Source: Leptolyngbyaceae cyanobacterium
GTDB lineage: Bacteria > Cyanobacteriota > Cyanobacteriia > Phormidesmidales > Phormidesmidaceae
DNA length: 64,000 nt
Assembly (NCBI GenBank): GCA_965263355.1
Contig: CBDHHL010000029.1
Span: 10,442 to 74,441 of the forward strand
Direction of reading: 5' to 3'
This document shows, piece by piece, positions 58,783-64,000 of this stretch (the stretch's first letter is position 1; the number at the start of each line of letters is the position of its first letter). The notes beneath the pieces are model-generated. The model ran no database searches. It saw nothing but the letters and a program-made list of their open reading frames with translations, and was not told the DNA's origin. Both the position numbers and the translations under genes were made by a program.

Positions 58783-60129
58783 TTAGGCTGATAGCAACAA
58801 AACGCCTTTCCGAAAATCGGTAGGAGTAGCGCCACATAAGCAGGCAGTACGAATGCCTTCCTTGAATTGATGGACATTATATGAGCCTTTGAAAACCTGC
58901 ATCACCAAACCTGTGTCTTGGTCGGTAGAACGCTCTACAATTGCACCAGAGCCAGGAGTAGGTTCTGTGAGTAGCCGCGTAGCAAAGGCTAGATGCTCAA
59001 TGTGGTAGCCGACATTCACAGCACCAATCGCAGGGACAGAGAAGTTGTAAGCTGTGTTCACGTCAGCGGCAGCAACTTTTTGACCTTTGCTGTTGTAAGG
59101 GATCATCCAAACGTATTTATTAGCGCTATCAACACGAAGGATTACGCCATAATTTACGTCAGCTGCAGTAGAGCCATTAGGTCCAATCCGACCAATCGCG
59201 CCAACAGCAACGCCAGCAGCCAGAGCCGCAGTCTGGTTAACAGTCACTCGAACAGCGCCAGCTTGAGTAACAGTGGATTGGTTGCCGTCGATGAACTCAT
59301 CTGCACCAGTCGCAGCAGCAACAGCGCTAATAGGTTCAAAAGCAACGCCATCGCCTAAGTCTGCAACAGCGTCTTGTCCAGTAATTGCATTAGAACCACG
59401 GGTCATGAACTGCCGCATCATGAAATCACGGCTCATGTAGCTAGGCTCTTGTAGCAGCTGCTGACCTAACGCGATATTGCCTTCAGTTAAAGCACTGCCA
59501 GTGACAGGAGTAATCGCACCCATCAAAGACTCAGCAGCACGAGGAGATAATCTTGCGTAACGGCCAGACTCAGGAACATCCACTTCGTTGAGCGCAGCGC
59601 CACCAGCACGGTGAAGAGCATCACCGTATTCAGCCAGGACGCCACCGCTGGTCTCAGTGAAAGCAACTGTTGTAGGAGGGTGACCGCCTAGAGTGATGTC
59701 CCCACTAGCTGCCAATGTCCATGTACGGAACCCGGTATTGTACAGATAATTATCGAACGACTTACGAACTGCGCCACCAGTAGAAAGTGAATAATCCCTT
59801 ACGTAGCGTTCCACCTGGGTATCGCTTCCATAAACGCGAAAACCAGAAGTGAAAAGTTTCTCTAGCGTTAGAGTAACAGGGAGATAATCAGTGTCGTTGG
59901 TCGTCGCGTCAGTGTTTGTGCGAGGGTCATAATCTTGCGCCTCGCCATAGTCTTTAGCCATCAGCAGGCTAACCGACTGACCTTTCTCGAAATAAGTGTT
60001 TAGGTCACGACCGCCAAGCGTTGTAGTTGCTGCTGTAGCGAAAGCCGAAGACCGATACAATTGAAAGAGTGAACCATCAGCCAACGCCTTAACGACTGTT
60101 GACTGCTCTGCATTAGCGAAAGTAACCAT
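58783..60129 (-). CDS. Major capsid protein (P22 coat-like)
   Basis: 448 aa after the scaffold; KGQSVSL, LNEVDVP..GR, YH..LAFATR.L segments recall the P22 coat family. Confidence 0.75.
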   Translation of the reverse strand: MVTFANAEQSTVVKALADGSLFQLYRSSAFATAATTTLGGRDLNTYFEKGQSVSLLMAKDYGEAQDYDPRTNTDATTNDTDYLPVTLTLEKLFTSGFRVYGSDTQVERYVRDYSLSTGGAVRKSFDNYLYNTGFRTWTLAASGDITLGGHPPTTVAFTETSGGVLAEYGDALHRAGGAALNEVDVPESGRYARLSPRAAESLMGAITPVTGSALTEGNIALGQQLLQEPSYMSRDFMMRQFMTRGSNAITGQDAVADLGDGVAFEPISAVAAATGADEFIDGNQSTVTQAGAVRVTVNQTAALAAGVAVGAIGRIGPNGSTAADVNYGVILRVDSANKYVWMIPYNSKGQKVAAADVNTAYNFSVPAIGAVNVGYHIEHLAFATRLLTEPTPGSGAIVERSTDQDTGLVMQVFKGSYNVHQFKEGIRTACLCGATPTDFRKGVLLLSA

Positions 60130-60290
60130 CGGAAAAAGAAGGATTGTTGATTTCCTTCCGCATCCCTAGAGCTAAATTCAAATTCTCAGGGACCGAACCC
60201 CAGACTTAAGGCGTCTGCCATGCCTTCCCAAGGTTTACGGCCCTTGCCATGCCATTTCAAGAACAATATAACAAACGCCGTAGTTTTGTG

Positions 60291-61109
60291 CTACTGAGCA
60301 GATGCTTTGGCCACATTTTCGGCGATCGCAGAGAATGGATCCGCCGACTTCTTAAGCGCATCTATCCTGGCTTGAGCGTCCATGCCATCTGCATAAATGC
60401 CTGATCCCCCAGACGAAGCCGGTTGCTGTGTTCCTGGCTGAGTCCCAGTCCCAGTCCCAGGTCGAGGCTTAAATAAGTAGCCCGCTTCTTTCTCTAGACT
60501 AGATAACTGCTCTGACAAAGGAGTGAATGTAGGATTTTGAAATTCGTCTTTCCCCGCGACACCATAACCGCCCTTCTCAGGATCATAAGAGACTCCCTTG
60601 CTTTCAAGATAAGCCCAGGCTAAATCTGGGTTGTGCAGCCTGTCTCTTATGGGGTCTAATGCTGCGGTGCGGGCTTGAGACATTGCAGTATTAAGCCTTT
60701 CTTCCTCGACAGCCTTTTGCATCGCCTCAATGCGCTCTTCGTATTGCCTTGTGGTCTCGCTTAGCTTTTGCTCCATCTGCTGCGTTTGGGCCTGAAGCAT
60801 GGCCTGTAGACGTGCCGTAATATCGTCGCCCGCCTGGGGCTGCTGTTCGGCTTCCCCAGTTGTTGGGGGCTGTGCGATCTGCTGCTGTTGGCCGTCTCCC
60901 TCGGACGGGATAACCTCGTCTAGTACTGACGTTAGCTGAGCCTTGACGGTCTCGTTCAGCTTTCCTTCTAAAGACTTATGTGACTTCTGGACAGCACCTG
61001 TGACCATTTTAGAGATCTCGTCTTTGAATCCTCCAAGCACTTGCTGTAGCTGCTCCAGAGTTACACTAGTCTGCTGCTCTGCATTTGGATCTTGAGTGCC
61101 GTCTGTCAT
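60291..61109 (-). CDS. Capsid scaffolding protein
   Basis: Gln/Glu-rich coiled coil; YLFKP..GTGTG motif; precedes the capsid gene. Confidence 0.75.
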   Translation of the reverse strand: MTDGTQDPNAEQQTSVTLEQLQQVLGGFKDEISKMVTGAVQKSHKSLEGKLNETVKAQLTSVLDEVIPSEGDGQQQQIAQPPTTGEAEQQPQAGDDITARLQAMLQAQTQQMEQKLSETTRQYEERIEAMQKAVEEERLNTAMSQARTAALDPIRDRLHNPDLAWAYLESKGVSYDPEKGGYGVAGKDEFQNPTFTPLSEQLSSLEKEAGYLFKPRPGTGTGTQPGTQQPASSGGSGIYADGMDAQARIDALKKSADPFSAIAENVAKASAQ

Positions 61110-61165
61110 ATCACGATTTTAGGATTTCAGCAACATCATAGCGAATCCCTTGTAGAATAAGCAAC

Positions 61166-61429
61166 TTATCTGTTTTTGCGGAATTCTTGAATAGCCTTCC
61201 ATTGTTTTGAGTCAACCTTTCTTGCCTTTCCGCCAGTGATCACGCTGTTAATTCTGGCTAACGCCCATTGCTCTGGCGAAACCCCAGGTCGTCTACCAGA
61301 GCTAGCCGCAGCCCCTAGTCCTTTTAGCGCGATCTGTCGCAGCGCTGATACAGGTGCATTGGACTTCTCTGCTTTATTTTTGATGGCCTTTTGGAGTCGT
61401 GCCGATAGTCTCTGCCTACGAGTTTCCAT
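61166..61429 (-). CDS. Small basic phage protein (DUF5824-like)
   Basis: KAEKS...LRQI..KG.GA..SG.RPGVSPEQWALARINS..GG. Confidence 0.6.
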   Translation of the reverse strand: METRRQRLSARLQKAIKNKAEKSNAPVSALRQIALKGLGAAASSGRRPGVSPEQWALARINSVITGGKARKVDSKQWKAIQEFRKNR

Positions 61430-61628
61430 AGCGTTTATTGAATTTGCGAGTAAATCGGCTTCTCCTAGTTTTTGTTTTGTCGTCCCCAGGGAGTGTCCGA
61501 GGCATTGGTTCGCCTGACTTGCGAGCTTTAGCAATCGCAGCTAGCCGCTTGCGACGGGTGGACCCGGGCAGGCCACTTACGTATTTAGAGGGAATATTGA
61601 CACCGTTGTAAGAGATTGATTTAGGCAT
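61416..61628 (-). CDS. Small very basic protein
   Basis: IPSKYVSGL...SRFTRKFNKRYG; overlaps the next ORF. Confidence 0.55.
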   Translation of the reverse strand: MPKSISYNGVNIPSKYVSGLPGSTRRKRLAAIAKARKSGEPMPRTLPGDDKTKTRRSRFTRKFNKRYGNS

Positions 61629-62013
61629 TAGACTTACCCAGCTTTTTGGCTAAAATATTTTTCCTTGATTGGTAGCGATCTCGAATTGCTCTGATTTTCT
61701 CGTAAGTTGGGTTTGCTATTGACGACAAAGGAACCCCCCAACGTGCAAATTGCAATACAGCAGGCGTAGGCAAGCCGTCGTACTTGCCACCTTTGCGGGT
61801 TAACGGTTGCCTCTGACTTAAGACTTGATTGGCTTTACGGGTGTTGAATTTAGCTTGATCGTATGCGGCTTGGTCGCTTTTGGGCTTTGACGACCTGACT
61901 GGTCTCCGAACGTTCCCGCCACTTCGATTGTATGCCGTCATATTCTTAGACGTGCGGCTACTGTATTTGTTGAATAATTCTTGCAGTAGTTCAGAGCGGG
62001 TGGGCATGATCAA
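61621..62013 (-). CDS. Basic hypothetical protein
   Basis: Lys/Arg-rich; coupled on both sides. Confidence 0.55.
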   Translation of the reverse strand: MIMPTRSELLQELFNKYSSRTSKNMTAYNRSGGNVRRPVRSSKPKSDQAAYDQAKFNTRKANQVLSQRQPLTRKGGKYDGLPTPAVLQFARWGVPLSSIANPTYEKIRAIRDRYQSRKNILAKKLGKSNA

Positions 62014-62897
62014 CCTAAGATTGCTTGACTAAATCCTACTGTACTAAATCCATTACGAGCCAGCTTGAGCCTGACTTCCAGGGTACAGGCGCAATTTGAT
62101 CGGCACCGGCAATCATTACCAATAGGTGTTACTTGATCAATAGGGGTCCATTCGAGCACCTGTAAGCCAGGGCAGTCAGGGCAATGCCTAGGCACGTTCC
62201 CCAGAGACCTTCTCGCTTCCCATCGCTCTGACTGAACCATCGATACATGCCGTCCATCTTGATAGCTAGGCGCTGTATTCGCCCCATACCGCCTGGATCT
62301 GTCCCGTATCTGAGCGTCAGATAATTCCCCTAGCCTGATTCGCTCAACATGCTGTCTTAGCCGGTTCAGGTCTCCCCGGCCAGGGCCATCTCCATATAGT
62401 TGCTCTTGTAGCCTTGCCCAGTGCCCACGGGCCATCCTGCGCCGACCGCCAGCCCCTAGCTCCATCATGCGAACGTGCCCATTCACAATATCCCTGGCCA
62501 TCCGTTCATGATATTCACGCAGGCTGATCCGGTTATTCAGTAAATCCCTGGCATGTCGTAGCGTGCGCTGTGATGCCTGACGTCGGTGACTGGCGACTAA
62601 CTGGTCGATGCGTTGTTGTGGGACAGGACGGCGACCACGATAGTACTCTTCGCGTGGGATAAAGTAACGAACCCCTGGGCCACGGGTGTTTAGCAACACT
62701 AAGGCTGAGGCTATGGCAGTCGCGGCTATGAATTCTGACAATTGCCTTGGGAGCCCGTCATTTACTTCATCTAGCAGCGCCTCTAACTCAGATTGAGATA
62801 ACGAGTCGAGTGAGTCTATACCGAGAAGTTCTGCTAACTCTTCCTCGGTGTATGGGGTGCCATTTATGGTGGTAGCTTCACTCATTCCTGGGATCAA
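62010..62897 (-). CDS. Minor head protein (Mu gpF/SPP1 gp7-like)
   Basis: HCPDC...CRCRSNCACTL C-terminus; follows the portal. Confidence 0.65.
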   Translation of the reverse strand: MIPGMSEATTINGTPYTEEELAELLGIDSLDSLSQSELEALLDEVNDGLPRQLSEFIAATAIASALVLLNTRGPGVRYFIPREEYYRGRRPVPQQRIDQLVASHRRQASQRTLRHARDLLNNRISLREYHERMARDIVNGHVRMMELGAGGRRRMARGHWARLQEQLYGDGPGRGDLNRLRQHVERIRLGELSDAQIRDRSRRYGANTAPSYQDGRHVSMVQSERWEARRSLGNVPRHCPDCPGLQVLEWTPIDQVTPIGNDCRCRSNCACTLEVRLKLARNGFSTVGFSQAILG

Positions 62898-63171
62898 TTT
62901 TGCCTTCTGCGGAATGATTCCAGCCTTCTGAATTACCTGTGGAATCCCCTAGGTATGTGATGTCGCGGCTTACGAATTCTCTGACATCCCCATCGTCAAA
63001 TAGGACTAAGATTCTGGATGGGTATTTATCTCCTGGGTGCGCATATTTCACCTCTTGGATGCACTCTATCTTCCTATGGGATTGCTCGCATTTCATGGCA
63101 TCAGCTTCCGTCCATCCTGGGAGGGAGAGCCCGCATATCTCGCATTGCCATTGAGTTATTTGTTTAGGCAT
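62878..63171 (-). CDS. Small Zn-finger-like hypothetical protein
   Basis: WQCEICG...CEQSH. Confidence 0.55.
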   Translation of the reverse strand: MPKQITQWQCEICGLSLPGWTEADAMKCEQSHRKIECIQEVKYAHPGDKYPSRILVLFDDGDVREFVSRDITYLGDSTGNSEGWNHSAEGKIDPRNE

Positions 63172-64000
63172 TATTCACGACTCCATTGCCATTAACTTCA
63201 CCCGCCAACACTGGATTATCTGTCTGTGGCAACCCAGGTTCTAAGCCCAGGTTCCTGAGTAATGCCATTAAGTCCATGTCAGGTGGAATGATGCCAGCTT
63301 TCTGGAATATCTGATGCAAGTCGCCAGGAGATATCAAGTTAGACCCAGCCAATTGCACCAATGCGTTCATACCTTCTGGCTGCAGCGTAAATGGCGAATC
63401 TTCCCCAATCTCATCAGCGATCTCCGACACAATCGTAGGCGACAGGTTGAGACTGGCTACTGCTTTATTGGCAATCGCAATCCTGCTCTCACGCTTCAGT
63501 GTATCGCTATCAATCCCAGCTTGATCCAGGGCTGTGTATTCCTGCAATGCCTCCATCAGGCCAGTGGTGTTGTAGTCGGTGAAACCGTTGATCTTCCATT
63601 CCGTATCTTCATTGCGGACGATTGAGGCCGCATCCAGAATCGACTTAGCAAAGCCCCTGAGTTCCTCCCCATAAACCTCAAGCAAAATGTCTAGATCCCG
63701 TCGCCCTTCTTTTTTGGACTCACCTGATTGCATCCGCATTGCATAAGCATTGGCCGCAGTTTCAGCGATCTTATGCACCAAGTCCAGCATCTTTTGCTTT
63801 TGGCGGTCCTGATAATCCAGACTCAGTTGGATGTCACTCCCAGGACGAACAAACCATTTGCAGTCAACTCCAGGCGGCAGTTCCCACCAGAACCCATTGC
63901 CTGCTTTTTGAAATCGTGCAGGATTGCTGTTGCCCTCTTCGTGTGGGTAGTCTACGCCAGTAAAAACAGGCATGGCGTAATTAGTTTGGACTAACGCCCA
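63164..64000 (-). CDS. Portal protein, C-terminal part (runs off the window)
   Basis: Frame open to the window edge; QSGESKK motif; synteny portal-gpF-scaffold-capsid. Confidence 0.7.
   Translation of the reverse strand, partial: WALVQTNYAMPVFTGVDYPHEEGNSNPARFQKAGNGFWWELPPGVDCKWFVRPGSDIQLSLDYQDRQKQKMLDLVHKIAETAANAYAMRMQSGESKKEGRRDLDILLEVYGEELRGFAKSILDAASIVRNEDTEWKINGFTDYNTTGLMEALQEYTALDQAGIDSDTLKRESRIAIANKAVASLNLSPTIVSEIADEIGEDSPFTLQPEGMNALVQLAGSNLISPGDLHQIFQKAGIIPPDMDLMALLRNLGLEPGLPQTDNPVLAGEVNGNGVVNNA

Noticed and set aside
60190..60260. HDV-like or twister ribozyme
   Set aside because: Could not build the required nested pseudoknot and catalytic core; kept only as an unknown structured motif.
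1..64000. tRNA/rRNA genes, terminase, endolysin
   Set aside because: None recognised by eye. Terminase probably lies beyond the right edge; a tRNA scan was not possible.

Overview
The whole window looks like part of a temperate, long-tailed (siphovirus-type) phage or prophage of a cyanobacterium. Host evidence: at least 12 HIP1 (GCGATCGC) sites, a XisF-like serine integrase and cyanobacterial-type CRISPR repeats. Left to right: RecD2 helicase (cut by the window edge) and an initiator-like gene; a + strand tail operon with a -1 frameshifted chaperone; a - strand membrane/P-loop ATPase cluster; small early genes (antirepressor, orphan antitoxin, SSB, ERF); a lambda-like replication block (RusA, initiator, Zn-finger DnaB); the integrase; accessory cargo; and a - strand head operon running into the portal at the right edge. 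The main finding is a compact CRISPR cassette at 42935-45574 with no cas1/cas2. It has a 564-aa TnpB/Cas12-like (C2c8-like) nuclease with an intact RuvC triad, an RHH regulator, a divergent GNRA-rich ncRNA, a 19-nt anti-repeat and a 5-spacer array. The cassette is bounded by a 22-bp direct repeat, so the DNA after the last truncated repeat could act as a flank-derived homing guide against the cassette-free allele. Two other cargo genes show the same duplicated gene-3'-end signature, and the phage carries a frameshifted PAS-EAL c-di-GMP phosphodiesterase. All family calls come from motif reading only; no database was searched.
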